The notes beneath the pieces were generated by a model. It was not told where the DNA came from. It did no database searches and was given only the letters and a program-made list of their open reading frames with translations. Positions 18,366 through 27,607 of a DNA stretch of 64,000 nucleotides are shown piece by piece; positions within the stretch are counted from its first letter, which is position 1; the number at the start of each line of letters is the position of its first letter. This DNA is from a virus (taxonomy: Duplodnaviria > Heunggongvirae > Uroviricota > Caudoviricetes). The position numbers were made by a program, and so were the translations under genes. The DNA lies in IMG/VR virus record IMGVR_UViG_3300044951_001136; one strand, given 5' to 3'.

Positions 18366-18673
18366 AAGCATATATTGTAAAGTATACATTTGAAACAGAA
18401 AAAGAATATAGTGACTTTCGTAAACTCGGAGATGATTTTAAGTTAATCTCTTGGTTGGTTGACAAGGAAATATCTCCTATTTCAATTGAAGATTGTGACG
18501 ATAACGGTAAAGATAGTGCAGAGTTTAGTTTTAAATTAAAAAAAGATGCAAAAAGATTTGCAAATGCATTTAGATTAACTGTAGAAGGACCGTATGATTG
18601 TGACTTTAGCAATCCATGGTTACCTCCTGATTGGAACGGTGACTGGGATGATTTACCTGGTTTCAGAGGATGA
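18362..18673 (+). CDS. hypothetical protein (LRW-like core)
   Basis: ISWLVDKE...FSFKLKKDAKRFANAF; ATGA overlaps at both ends. Confidence 0.65.
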   Translation: MKAYIVKYTFETEKEYSDFRKLGDDFKLISWLVDKEISPISIEDCDDNGKDSAEFSFKLKKDAKRFANAFRLTVEGPYDCDFSNPWLPPDWNGDWDDLPGFRG

Positions 18674-19245
18674 GAATAGATAGTGACATTGACATTGACT
18701 TTGGTTCAAGAAATAAATTGCTTGAACTGATTAAGCATACAAGCGCGGCAATGCGTAATGTTAATCCAATTCGCAAACATGCAACTGGTGTATATGTTAC
18801 CCCTATTCCCTATGACCCTATCAATGACATAGCTAGTATTGATTATACAGTAGCAGAAAAGCGCGGATACTTTAAACTAGACTTATTGAATGTTCATGTC
18901 TATGAGAATGTCAAAGATGAACAACATCTCAATGAATTAATGGTTGACCCCGATTGGAGTAAACTTAAGGATAAATCTTTTGTTGAGAAACTAATTCACT
19001 TGAATAATCAGTATTACAACTTAGTGAAGATGCCAGAACCCATAGACAGTATCCCAAGATTAGCAATGTTTCTAGCAGTTATTCGTCCTGGCAAAAAGCA
19101 TTTAATCGGGAAAACTTGGAGTGAGATTAGTAAAACAGTGTGGGATAAGGGTACAGATGGGTATGTGTTCAAAAAAAGTCATAGCCTAGCTTACAGTCAA
19201 CTGGTTGTGGTACATATAAACCTCTTAGGACAGTCGCTTAACTAG
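18670..19245 (+). CDS. minimal DNA polymerase III alpha (family C) catalytic core
   Basis: SDIDIDF, KHATGVYV, GYFKLDLL, FLAVIRPG and FKKSHSLAY, in the same order as the DnaE motifs. Confidence 0.8.
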   Translation: MRIDSDIDIDFGSRNKLLELIKHTSAAMRNVNPIRKHATGVYVTPIPYDPINDIASIDYTVAEKRGYFKLDLLNVHVYENVKDEQHLNELMVDPDWSKLKDKSFVEKLIHLNNQYYNLVKMPEPIDSIPRLAMFLAVIRPGKKHLIGKTWSEISKTVWDKGTDGYVFKKSHSLAYSQLVVVHINLLGQSLN

Positions 19246-19605
19246 TGTTATGGATCTTCTTTTTGAGCGGCGCTTACCTAAATCACTCATACTACAAATT
19301 GGACCGTGAACTACGATTAAACTCTTATTATTGAATGTTCTTAGATATGGTTTAAAAATGGCCCAATCATCCTTTAAGAACAAATTAATTGGGATAAGAC
19401 GATTTGATTCCCACCACCAAATTTCTCCTAGTTCTAGGAACTTTTCTTTTATACTACTGTCTGCAATAGCACCGTAATCGTATATAGTGGTAACCATGTC
19501 ATCACGATTTTGAACGATTCCAACATAATCCTGACTGGCATAGGAGCAAACGGTGATGAACGGGTGTAGTTCTGTAAGTTTCCTGAAGAATTCGTTTTGT
19601 ATCAT
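19225..19605 (-). CDS. hypothetical late protein
   Basis: Start moved to ATG 19605, 18 nt after minus-strand GATAAATA (19630-19623). Confidence 0.7.
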   Translation of the reverse strand: MIQNEFFRKLTELHPFITVCSYASQDYVGIVQNRDDMVTTIYDYGAIADSSIKEKFLELGEIWWWESNRLIPINLFLKDDWAIFKPYLRTFNNKSLIVVHGPICSMSDLGKRRSKRRSITLVKRLS

Positions 19606-19691
19606 TGTTTTAGTTAACAGTTTATTTATCGGGTAACCAAAGATATTCAAATTAATATAATAGACTAAATATGTGATAGGAGCCTACATTT

Positions 19692-20456
19692 GTGTATTCA
19701 ACATCAGTATTTTATTACCTTCAGCGCAACATTGTTGTACTATTGTCAGGCTATTCACCGAGGAGATATATGCCACAATACGCCAAACCCCTAACCCTAC
19801 ATAAGGGTGTGGATAATCAGATCCAGTTCCAGTTCATAAATCAAGAGCAGCGGCCCATTGACATTACCGGAAAAAGCATAACTTGCCGTATATTAAATTA
19901 TATGGGTAATGAAATTCTATTGCAAAAAGCATTGACATTACAATTTGCTGCTACGGGTATCTGTGCGTTATTCTTAAATGCTGCGGATCTTGAAGGGATT
20001 GAGGCTCAGAAATGCTATTACACTTTGGAAATTCCAGTCAATGAATTTGACTTCCCTGTATTTGTAGATCAAAACGCCGGCGCCCGTGGTGTAATGAATA
20101 TTGTTAATAGTGTATTACCTAACTTTGTCCCATCATATTTTATTACAATTCCAACTGGTCAACAATTCCCAAATACACCAAACAGCAATGGAAGTAGTCT
20201 AACCTATACTACAAGTGTACTAAGTACCAGCAATAATCCAATATTGACCATACAAACTGAATATATTGAATTTTACGGCAATACAACCATTCAAGGTAGC
20301 AGTATCGTAGATAACAACTGGTATAACATTGTAACTACTCAAGAAGTATCTAATGTTACACAAACGGTTGGATATGTCATTCAAGGATTCCATCCTTATA
20401 TCCGAATGCAATTTACCAGCAATGCAGGTGCTGTAACTAATATATTGACCAGATAA
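19692..20456 (+). CDS. putative virion protein (Ig/BppU-like beta-sandwich)
   Basis: GTG start with AGGAG RBS; late-type box 19664-19671; beta-rich. Confidence 0.55.
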   Translation: MYSTSVFYYLQRNIVVLLSGYSPRRYMPQYAKPLTLHKGVDNQIQFQFINQEQRPIDITGKSITCRILNYMGNEILLQKALTLQFAATGICALFLNAADLEGIEAQKCYYTLEIPVNEFDFPVFVDQNAGARGVMNIVNSVLPNFVPSYFITIPTGQQFPNTPNSNGSSLTYTTSVLSTSNNPILTIQTEYIEFYGNTTIQGSSIVDNNWYNIVTTQEVSNVTQTVGYVIQGFHPYIRMQFTSNAGAVTNILTR

Positions 20457-20457
20457 T

Positions 20458-20486
20458 TTGCTTTAACATTTCTATTGTGTTACACT
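20458..20486 (+). promoter_or_regulatory. sigma70-like promoter of primase (possibly leaderless)
   Basis: TTGCTT-17-TACACT, 6 nt before ATG 20493. Confidence 0.5.
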
Positions 20487-20492
20487 CAATAG

Positions 20493-21467
20493 ATGTTTGA
20501 TATCCTGTCTATATTACCTGGCAAAAAGAAACAAACAAGCTCGGGCTGGACCAGTTTTAATGCTATCTGCTGTACCCACTTTGGTCACAGTCAAGATAAA
20601 AGAATGCGCGGTGGTATCAAGTTTGATGGTGCTAACTGGACGATGCATTGTTTTAATTGCGGGTTCAAATGTAACTTTGTATTAGGCCGTTCAATAAGTA
20701 CTAAAACTCGCAATCTATTAGTTTGGTGTGGCGTTGATGATCAACAAGTCAAGCGATGGAGTTTAGAAAGTTTACAACAAAAGGACTTGATAGACTTTAC
20801 TCAACACAAGAAACAACAGATAAAAATCAAGTTTAATGATCACATACTCCCTGAAGGTGAGATTGTAGATAGTAATAACCCATTGCACAAAGTATATGTA
20901 GAATATCTGCAAAGTAGGAAGATAGATAGTAATGATTATCCTTTCTTAATTACCCCAAATGAAATAGGTAGGATGGCAAATAGGGTAGTAGTCCCTTACA
21001 CTTATAAGAATAAGATTGTAGGACATACTAGCAGATTTCTAGATAACAAAATTCCCAAGTATATCAATGAACAACAACCGGGGTATGTGTTTAATATTGA
21101 CATGCAGAAACCAGAATGGCAAGTATGTCTAGTAACAGAGGGTATATTTGATGCATTAAGTATTGATGGGGTAGCATTAATGCATGATGATATAAGTAGC
21201 GATCAATCATTGTTGTTAAGTACCTTAAACAAACAAATTATACTAGTTCCAGATAGAGATAAGACAGGACTAACATTATGTGATAAAGCACTAGAATTGG
21301 GTTATAGTGTTAGCTTACCTGATTGGGATAGTGATGTTAAAGATGTAAATGATGCAGTCGTTAAATATGGTAAGCTACCTACACTATTAAGTATACTACA
21401 GAGTGCAACTAATAGTAAAATCAAAATAGAAATGAGAAGGAAGAAAATTGTCAAAGCAGGAAACTAA
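20493..21467 (+). CDS. DNA primase (DnaG/T4 gp61-like)
   Basis: Zn ribbon ICC...HCFNC; TOPRIM VTEGIFDA, PDRD, KDVND. Confidence 0.9.
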   Translation: MFDILSILPGKKKQTSSGWTSFNAICCTHFGHSQDKRMRGGIKFDGANWTMHCFNCGFKCNFVLGRSISTKTRNLLVWCGVDDQQVKRWSLESLQQKDLIDFTQHKKQQIKIKFNDHILPEGEIVDSNNPLHKVYVEYLQSRKIDSNDYPFLITPNEIGRMANRVVVPYTYKNKIVGHTSRFLDNKIPKYINEQQPGYVFNIDMQKPEWQVCLVTEGIFDALSIDGVALMHDDISSDQSLLLSTLNKQIILVPDRDKTGLTLCDKALELGYSVSLPDWDSDVKDVNDAVVKYGKLPTLLSILQSATNSKIKIEMRRKKIVKAGN

Positions 21468-22890
21468 AAAGCAGTTGGAATATACAGCCGATGTTCAGAA
21501 ACTATTTCTGAGGATGATGATAACCAACGCGGAATTGTATACCCGTGTTATGAATATTATGAACAGTGAGAACTTTGAGCGTTCTCTACGCCCGGTGGCT
21601 GAGTTGTTTAAATCACATACAGACAAATATAGAGTATTACCGGATACAACACAGATTAAAGCAACAACTGGTATAGATATTGATCCTATTCCAGAATTAA
21701 ATGATGGGCATTTTGAATGGTTCTTTGATGAGTTTGAATCATTTACCAAACGGCAAGAACTAGAACGAGCGATTCTTAAAGCAGCAGACTTGTTAGAGAA
21801 GGGTGAGTTTGAACCAGTTGAGAAACTAATCAAAGATGCGGTACAGATTAGTTTACAGAAAGACATGGGTACGGATTACTTTGCTGATCCAAAAGGTCGT
21901 ATTAATAAGTATTTTAATTCAGGTGGACAAGTATCTACTGGTTGGCCACAGATGGATCGTATTCTGTATGGTGGAATGAGCAGAGGCGAATTGAATATTT
22001 TTGCAGGCGGCAGTGGTTCAGGTAAAAGTTTGGTGATGATGAATATTGCATTAAGTTGGATTCAAGCTGGTATGAGTGGGGTATACATCACACTAGAATT
22101 GAGTGAAGAATTAACTTCATTGCGTACAGATGCTATGTTGACTATGATGGGTACAAAGGCGATTCGCAAAGACATTGATACCACAGAACTTAGAGTTAAA
22201 ATGGCAGGCAAAAAATCTGGTAAGTATCAGGTTAAGAATTTTCCTGCCCAAAGTAATGTCAATGACATTCGTGCTTATTTGAAAGAGGTGCAGATTCAAA
22301 CCGCAATTAAGATTGACTTTGTTATGGTTGATTATCTTGACTTGGTTATGCCAGTATCTGTCAAAGTTAATCCAAATGACCAGTTTATTAAAGACAAGTA
22401 TGTTGCGGAAGAATTGCGTAATCTAGCAAAGGAACTTGGTGTCTTGTTAGTTACTGCAAGTCAGTTGAATCGTAGTGCTGTTGACGAACAAGAATTTGAC
22501 CACAGTCATATTGCAGGTGGTATCAGTAAGATTAACACAGCAGATAATGTGTTTGGTATTTTCACAAGTCGCAGTATGCGTGAACGCGGAAAGTATCAGA
22601 TCCAGTGTATGAAATCCCGCAGTTCAACGGGTGTAGGAATGAAGATTGATTTAGAATACGATGTTGAAACCATGCGTATTAGTGATTCAGGAGGTGAGGG
22701 TGAGGATAGTTATGCTCCAAAATCTAGTGCAAATGACATTATGAGTACATTAAAACCACAATCTACTGTCTCTGGCTATAGCGTTGATCAAGCCACAGGT
22801 GAAATAACAATTGCACCATTGACTAGGACCGTACATGCTGATGCACAGGGAGCTAAGTTAAAATCTTTATTGAACTCTCTAAAGAAATAA
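21448..22890 (+). CDS. replicative helicase (DnaB/T4 gp41-like)
   Basis: AGGSGSGKS, ITLELSE, VMVDYLD, TASQLNR motifs. Confidence 0.92.
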   Translation: MSKQETKKQLEYTADVQKLFLRMMITNAELYTRVMNIMNSENFERSLRPVAELFKSHTDKYRVLPDTTQIKATTGIDIDPIPELNDGHFEWFFDEFESFTKRQELERAILKAADLLEKGEFEPVEKLIKDAVQISLQKDMGTDYFADPKGRINKYFNSGGQVSTGWPQMDRILYGGMSRGELNIFAGGSGSGKSLVMMNIALSWIQAGMSGVYITLELSEELTSLRTDAMLTMMGTKAIRKDIDTTELRVKMAGKKSGKYQVKNFPAQSNVNDIRAYLKEVQIQTAIKIDFVMVDYLDLVMPVSVKVNPNDQFIKDKYVAEELRNLAKELGVLLVTASQLNRSAVDEQEFDHSHIAGGISKINTADNVFGIFTSRSMRERGKYQIQCMKSRSSTGVGMKIDLEYDVETMRISDSGGEGEDSYAPKSSANDIMSTLKPQSTVSGYSVDQATGEITIAPLTRTVHADAQGAKLKSLLNSLKK

Positions 22891-22928
22891 TTATTTGATA
22901 ATCGCATAAATACAAATAAGATAATTAT

Positions 22929-23168
22929 ATGCAAAAACAAACCCGATCCCTGCTGCAGGAATTAGAAGCACTAGGAAATAATCGTGATACTAGTCACATT
23001 ATTGAGAGTAGAGCCCATAATATCATAACCAGTGCAATTAATTTACTTGAGTTAATTAGTAAGCACTATCCAGAAGAGCAAGCACAGATATTAGAGCGAA
23101 AGCTATTGAGTGCGATTAAAAGCAAGGATCAGCAAAGATTTGCTAAATCATTAAAGAAAAAGCCGTGA
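22929..23168 (+). CDS. hypothetical late protein (79 aa)
   Basis: Follows CATAAATA 22905-22912. Confidence 0.75.
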   Translation: MQKQTRSLLQELEALGNNRDTSHIIESRAHNIITSAINLLELISKHYPEEQAQILERKLLSAIKSKDQQRFAKSLKKKP

Positions 23169-23230
23169 AATTGAATGAAATGAAATACCGAAGCCAAAGA
23201 GTTCAACAGGCTATGGCCAGTCAACAATAA
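23165..23230 (+). pseudogene. possible truncated gene remnant MKLNEMKYRSQRVQQAMASQQ
   Basis: GTGA overlap with the upstream stop; MKLNE start resembles MKLTE of 24753; only 21 codons. Confidence 0.3.
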
Positions 23231-23326
23231 CAATCCAAAATAACAACCCAAAACCTACTTTTTTGTAATAAATGATAAATAATTCTTATGAAGCAACAGG
23301 CTTCAAAACATTTAAGGATTTAAAAA

Positions 23327-23716
23327 ATGGCACAATTTACAAAAACAAATGGCGACTTGCTACCGGTAATCAACTTTGATTCACCTGCATACACAAACAG
23401 TGGTGCAAACGCAGTTAGCACAGCTAACACCGTTCAACCACAAGGTCCTAAGCTAGACTTCTTCACAGTTACAGCTAGTGGATCAAGTGCATTGACTGGT
23501 ACTCAAGTTAGCTTGATCATCCAAGCTACACAACAGTTAGCTACAGTTTATATATATGAGTTTACAACTGCAGGTCCTGACACATTGGCAATGGCTGTTT
23601 ATCCAGTCGCTGCATGGACAACTACTACATTGAACGCAGCGGTCGTTGCTGCATTGACTGCAGGCGGTGCAGCTAATACCACTGTAACAACAGCTACAGC
23701 TACATTCACAGGTTAA
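23327..23716 (+). CDS. small A/T/G-rich virion protein
   Basis: Late promoter 23274-23281, AAGGA RBS, own terminator. Confidence 0.7.
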   Translation: MAQFTKTNGDLLPVINFDSPAYTNSGANAVSTANTVQPQGPKLDFFTVTASGSSALTGTQVSLIIQATQQLATVYIYEFTTAGPDTLAMAVYPVAAWTTTTLNAAVVAALTAGGAANTTVTTATATFTG

Positions 23717-23734
23717 TCAATATCTGTATAAAAG

Positions 23735-23760
23735 AACCCTGGAATTTCTAGGGTTTTTTT
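23735..23760 (+). terminator. intrinsic terminator
   Basis: AACCCTGG/CTAGGGTT stem plus T-run. Confidence 0.75.
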
Positions 23761-23779
23761 ACGGCTGTTAAATAGTAGT

Positions 23780-24238
23780 ATGAGTTACACCTTCCGTTGC
23801 TATACCTTATTTGATATCACACAGACGAAAGTACTCAATCGGCATCGGCCTGTACAGGATCAAGATGTAAAAGAATGGATGCATAAACGCAATACTCAAT
23901 GCAATTTTGATACCATACAACAAGCAATATCATTGCGTAGCCAGCCCGAAGTAGTTCGTTTTCCTGAAAGAATTGATATAAGATTTAATGAGTTCACTGA
24001 GTTTGGATTTTTGTTTGAACAATTAGAAAACGAATCTTATCCCTGCTGGTCATTTGATTTTACAGTTCAACACCCCAGTGTGTTTTATGACGGGGTAAAT
24101 GAATTAGGATCATTGTATCGTGATTGCGATCAGGTTCCTATGATCAAATGTCACACAGAATGGAAACAACTTCCTGCATTCTTAGACTCAAGCGATGAAC
24201 TAAGAAATATATATTTTAAAGTATTAAAAAATGATTAG
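23780..24238 (+). CDS. hypothetical late protein
   Basis: 152 aa, 5 nt after TTAAATA. Confidence 0.75.
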   Translation: MSYTFRCYTLFDITQTKVLNRHRPVQDQDVKEWMHKRNTQCNFDTIQQAISLRSQPEVVRFPERIDIRFNEFTEFGFLFEQLENESYPCWSFDFTVQHPSVFYDGVNELGSLYRDCDQVPMIKCHTEWKQLPAFLDSSDELRNIYFKVLKND

Positions 24239-24707
24239 TGATAAACTTTTACACAAATTAGAAAAAACAGTATCCAAAATGGATTTGAATAAGTTAAGTG
24301 AACTATCCATAATGCAAGGACCAGATGGTTCTTATTTTCTGTTTAACAAATATACAATTAGAAAAAATAACGATTGTTTTATAGTAATAAAAGATAGTAT
24401 AGCAGGAAACAAATCCTTCAATATATTAAAGAATGCCGTGGCCTGGTGTACATTTGATCAACAAAACAGCTTATATGAATCCAATCGTATATTGACCCTA
24501 GATAACAACTTAGCCAGTGTAGATAGCGAGATTCAAATACATCAACATCTGGCGAAAAGGGCTAAAAATTTAGAAGAAAAATTAATTTATCTTGCTAAAA
24601 TGGGAGAGGAAAAGATGGAACGAAAGCACATTACTGAAGAATTAGCTGGATATGTGACTAGTTCTAGAATTTGGCAAAATAAACGGTTGAACAAATCCAC
24701 ACATTAA
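24231..24707 (+). CDS. hypothetical protein
   Basis: 158 aa; overlaps the upstream stop. Confidence 0.75.
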   Translation: MISDKLLHKLEKTVSKMDLNKLSELSIMQGPDGSYFLFNKYTIRKNNDCFIVIKDSIAGNKSFNILKNAVAWCTFDQQNSLYESNRILTLDNNLASVDSEIQIHQHLAKRAKNLEEKLIYLAKMGEEKMERKHITEELAGYVTSSRIWQNKRLNKSTH

Positions 24708-24752
24708 ATAAAGAAAAGATAAATATATTATATATTTCTTTGGAAAACAAAT

Positions 24753-25463
24753 ATGAAACTAACCGAACTAAACAACAATCGCCGTGCGTACTCTACTAGA
24801 GTATTAACAGAACAATATGAAATGCCTTTCAATGTAGATAGCATGTCAATGTCATCTACACGAACCATGCTTGCAAAAGTTCGCGGATTGATGAATGAAT
24901 CAAAACAAACTCCTGACTATCACAATATCCAATCATCAAGTTCATATATGAAACTGGTATTCATGGAGCAAGCACTTGCAGATCATTATACTGAATTACG
25001 CTCACAACCGCGAGCAAGAATCATGGTTGAGAACGAAGAAGTTGAAAAGTCACAAGTTGTACTCGCAGCACAAGACATGGTAGACCAAATACAAAAAATG
25101 CTTGAAGATGTTGGGCAAATGCAAGTTAAAGAATTGCCTGCATTAGTATCCAGTATTGAAAGCGAAATTGGCGTAAACGAAAGTCAAGCATATAATGATG
25201 CAGTTTCAGCACAATTAGATTCACTGTCTGCCTCATTAAAAGAATCTTCAAGTGCATTGAAGAATGCATTGAATAGTCTAACTGGTCAAACCGTAGATGC
25301 AGCGTTTGATGCCGGTGCTGATTTAGGGGCAGATGCTGGTATGGACGCAGGATTAGATGCTGGTATGGACGCAGATATGGGTGATGAAGCATCTGCGATT
25401 CCTCCCCCAACTGAAGAACCAGAAATGCCTCCATCGGGTGGGGTAGGTAGAGCAAAGAGATAA
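24753..25463 (+). CDS. acidic helical late protein (possible prohead core/scaffold-type)
   Basis: Late box 24718-24725; E-rich; 24-bp tandem repeat agatgctggtatggacgcag at 25331 and 25355 (DAGMDA). Confidence 0.55.
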   Translation: MKLTELNNNRRAYSTRVLTEQYEMPFNVDSMSMSSTRTMLAKVRGLMNESKQTPDYHNIQSSSSYMKLVFMEQALADHYTELRSQPRARIMVENEEVEKSQVVLAAQDMVDQIQKMLEDVGQMQVKELPALVSSIESEIGVNESQAYNDAVSAQLDSLSASLKESSSALKNALNSLTGQTVDAAFDAGADLGADAGMDAGLDAGMDADMGDEASAIPPPTEEPEMPPSGGVGRAKR

Positions 25464-25464
25464 T

Positions 25465-25803
25465 ATGTTTCTATTTGAACTTGATGGTGGAGACCCGTTA
25501 AGTACTACACTCATCGTTCTTGTTAATCAGCTTAAATCTGATGTTGAGCGCGGTGCGATTGATCCTAGTAGCTATACAACGGAAGAGTTTTTAGATTATC
25601 TACAAGATAACGGGGATATTGTTTTAGATGTAACTGACTTGTATGATATGATTAAGAACCCGCCATTAAATACTGTTATTAAAAATATTCAAGGTGATAA
25701 AATTATCTTCAAAGGACATGATGATACACAAGCACCCCCGGATCAAACTCAAAGTCAACAAGTGGTTGGTCAAATGGCTCAAAATGCGATGCCAACACAA
25801 TGA
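25465..25803 (+). CDS. hypothetical acidic protein
   Basis: 112 aa, operonic. Confidence 0.75.
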   Translation: MFLFELDGGDPLSTTLIVLVNQLKSDVERGAIDPSSYTTEEFLDYLQDNGDIVLDVTDLYDMIKNPPLNTVIKNIQGDKIIFKGHDDTQAPPDQTQSQQVVGQMAQNAMPTQ

Positions 25804-26120
25804 TAACTGTTACCGATAAAGCAACCAACAAAGTAAAACAAACTCTTGCTAAAAGGGGTAAGGGATTAGGAATCAGAATAGGTGTCAAAACGACAGGCTG
25901 TTCTGGTTTGGCCTATGTACTAGAATATGTTGATATCCCACTCAATGAAGATTTGAAAATTGATTGTGACGGGTGCGCTTTATATGTTGATCCAAAAAGT
26001 TGTGCCTATCTTCAAGGGATGACAATAGATTATGTCCGCAATGGACTTAATGAAGGGTTTGAATTTTTAAATCCAAATGTTCGTGATAAATGCGGATGTG
26101 GAGAAAGTTTTAGGATCTAA
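25800..26120 (+). CDS. iscA: A-type Fe-S cluster carrier (IscA/HesB family)
   Basis: GVKTTGCSGLAY, F.F.NPN..CGCGESF. Confidence 0.93.
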   Translation: MITVTDKATNKVKQTLAKRGKGLGIRIGVKTTGCSGLAYVLEYVDIPLNEDLKIDCDGCALYVDPKSCAYLQGMTIDYVRNGLNEGFEFLNPNVRDKCGCGESFRI

Positions 26121-26129
26121 CCAAATCAG

Positions 26130-26158
26130 TTGATACTTGGAATATAATTGACTATAAT
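26130..26158 (+). promoter_or_regulatory. sigma70-like promoter
   Basis: TTGATA-17-TATAAT; region contains tandem TATAATTGAC x2 plus TATAATT. Confidence 0.55.
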
Positions 26159-26169
26159 TGACTATAATT

Positions 26170-26856
26170 ATGTATAATCCAAACAAATATAAATACGAAC
26201 CAATTAAAAGAACTGATACCTCTGAAGGTCGCCGATATGCCACACCAGATGGCGAGAAGCTGCCAAGTGTTACTACAATACTAGAAGCAACCAAATCAGA
26301 AGAAAGTAAACAAGCATTACAAAATTGGCGAAGGTCCGTTGGAGTTCAAAAAGCACAAGAAATTACCACTGAAGCTGCAAGTCGCGGAACAAGAATGCAT
26401 AAATTCTTAGAGGATTATATTAAGACTGGCATAGTTACTGCATCTGGATCAAATCCATACAGCATACAAAGCCATAGTATGGCAAAGCAAATTATTGAGC
26501 AGGGACTGATAAACTGTAATGAATACTGGGGAACAGAAGTTCCACTTCACTATCCTAAGATATATGCAGGTACTACTGACTTGTGTGGAGTTCATAGTGG
26601 ATCAGATGCAATTATGGACTTCAAGCAAACAAATAAGCTAAAAAAACGAGAGTGGATTGATGATTACTTTTTACAACTAGTATTTTATGGAACCGCACAT
26701 AATGAAGTTCATGGTACTAAAATACGCAAAGGTGTTATCTTTATGTGTACCAAAGACAACGTGTATCAAGAATTCATAATTGAAGGGGCTGAATGGGACC
26801 AGTATGTAACTAAAATGTGGTACAGAGCAGAGGAATACTATAATAAATTTGTGTAA
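26170..26856 (+). CDS. PD-(D/E)XK exonuclease (MGME1/RecB-like)
   Basis: LPSVTTIL, RGTRMHKFLE, EVPL..YAGTTDL, MDFKQT. Start moved to ATG 26170. Confidence 0.85.
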   Translation: MYNPNKYKYEPIKRTDTSEGRRYATPDGEKLPSVTTILEATKSEESKQALQNWRRSVGVQKAQEITTEAASRGTRMHKFLEDYIKTGIVTASGSNPYSIQSHSMAKQIIEQGLINCNEYWGTEVPLHYPKIYAGTTDLCGVHSGSDAIMDFKQTNKLKKREWIDDYFLQLVFYGTAHNEVHGTKIRKGVIFMCTKDNVYQEFIIEGAEWDQYVTKMWYRAEEYYNKFV

Positions 26857-26926
26857 TTTTGATAAATAAGTGTGAGTCGCGGGACTGCAATCCCCACTCA
26901 CTCTAATGCTACAAGGAGCAATCAGC

Positions 26927-27607
26927 ATGAATATTTATTCAAAACTCTATCCGCCTTGCGGATTCTATGTTTACGCATATATCCGTAAGTATGGCAATAC
27001 TCCTTATTACATAGGAAAGGGTAAATTAGGTAGAGCGTGGACCCCTCACAAAAATATCGCTGTGCCTAAGGATCCTGAAAAAATAATAATATTAGAGAGT
27101 AATCTCACTGAGATAGGTGCATTCGCAATTGAACGACGAATGATAGCTTGGTATGGGAGAAAAGATTTAGGAACAGGCATACTCCGTAATCTAACAGACG
27201 GTGGCGAGGGAACGTCTGGTGCAGTATACGGACCGTATTCTGACGAAAGAAAACAAAGCATGTCTCAAGCAAGAATAAAAGGTATCAATGAGGGGAAAAT
27301 TGTAGCATGGAACAAAGGTTTAACTGGGTTACAAGAGGCATGGAATAAGGGCAAAACATTAACACCTGAACAAAAAATAAATATGGGCCCGCCTAAGGGC
27401 AGAATTCCCTGGAATAAAGGTAAAACAGGAGTCCAAGAAGGATGGAACAAAGGAAAAAAATTAGGTCCTTCTCATAATAAAGGTATACCTTCAGGCAAAA
27501 AGGGAATGACATATGAAGAAATCTACGGTCCTGAAAAAGCAGCAGAATTAAAAGAATTACGCCGAAATAAAAAACGAGATTACTGGTCTTCTAAAACAAC
27601 CAAGTAG
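26927..27607 (+). CDS. GIY-YIG homing endonuclease with NUMOD3-like WNKG repeats
   Basis: FYVYAY...YYIGKG...R, E..MIA.YGR, NLTDGGEG, and 4-5 [AP]WNKG repeats; AGGAG RBS before ATG 26927. Confidence 0.9.
   Translation: MNIYSKLYPPCGFYVYAYIRKYGNTPYYIGKGKLGRAWTPHKNIAVPKDPEKIIILESNLTEIGAFAIERRMIAWYGRKDLGTGILRNLTDGGEGTSGAVYGPYSDERKQSMSQARIKGINEGKIVAWNKGLTGLQEAWNKGKTLTPEQKINMGPPKGRIPWNKGKTGVQEGWNKGKKLGPSHNKGIPSGKKGMTYEEIYGPEKAAELKELRRNKKRDYWSSKTTK

Noticed and set aside
26170-26856. Cas4 or Fe-S nuclease functionally paired with the adjacent IscA
   Set aside because: Only three scattered Cys, without the Cas4/AddB one-plus-three cluster arrangement.
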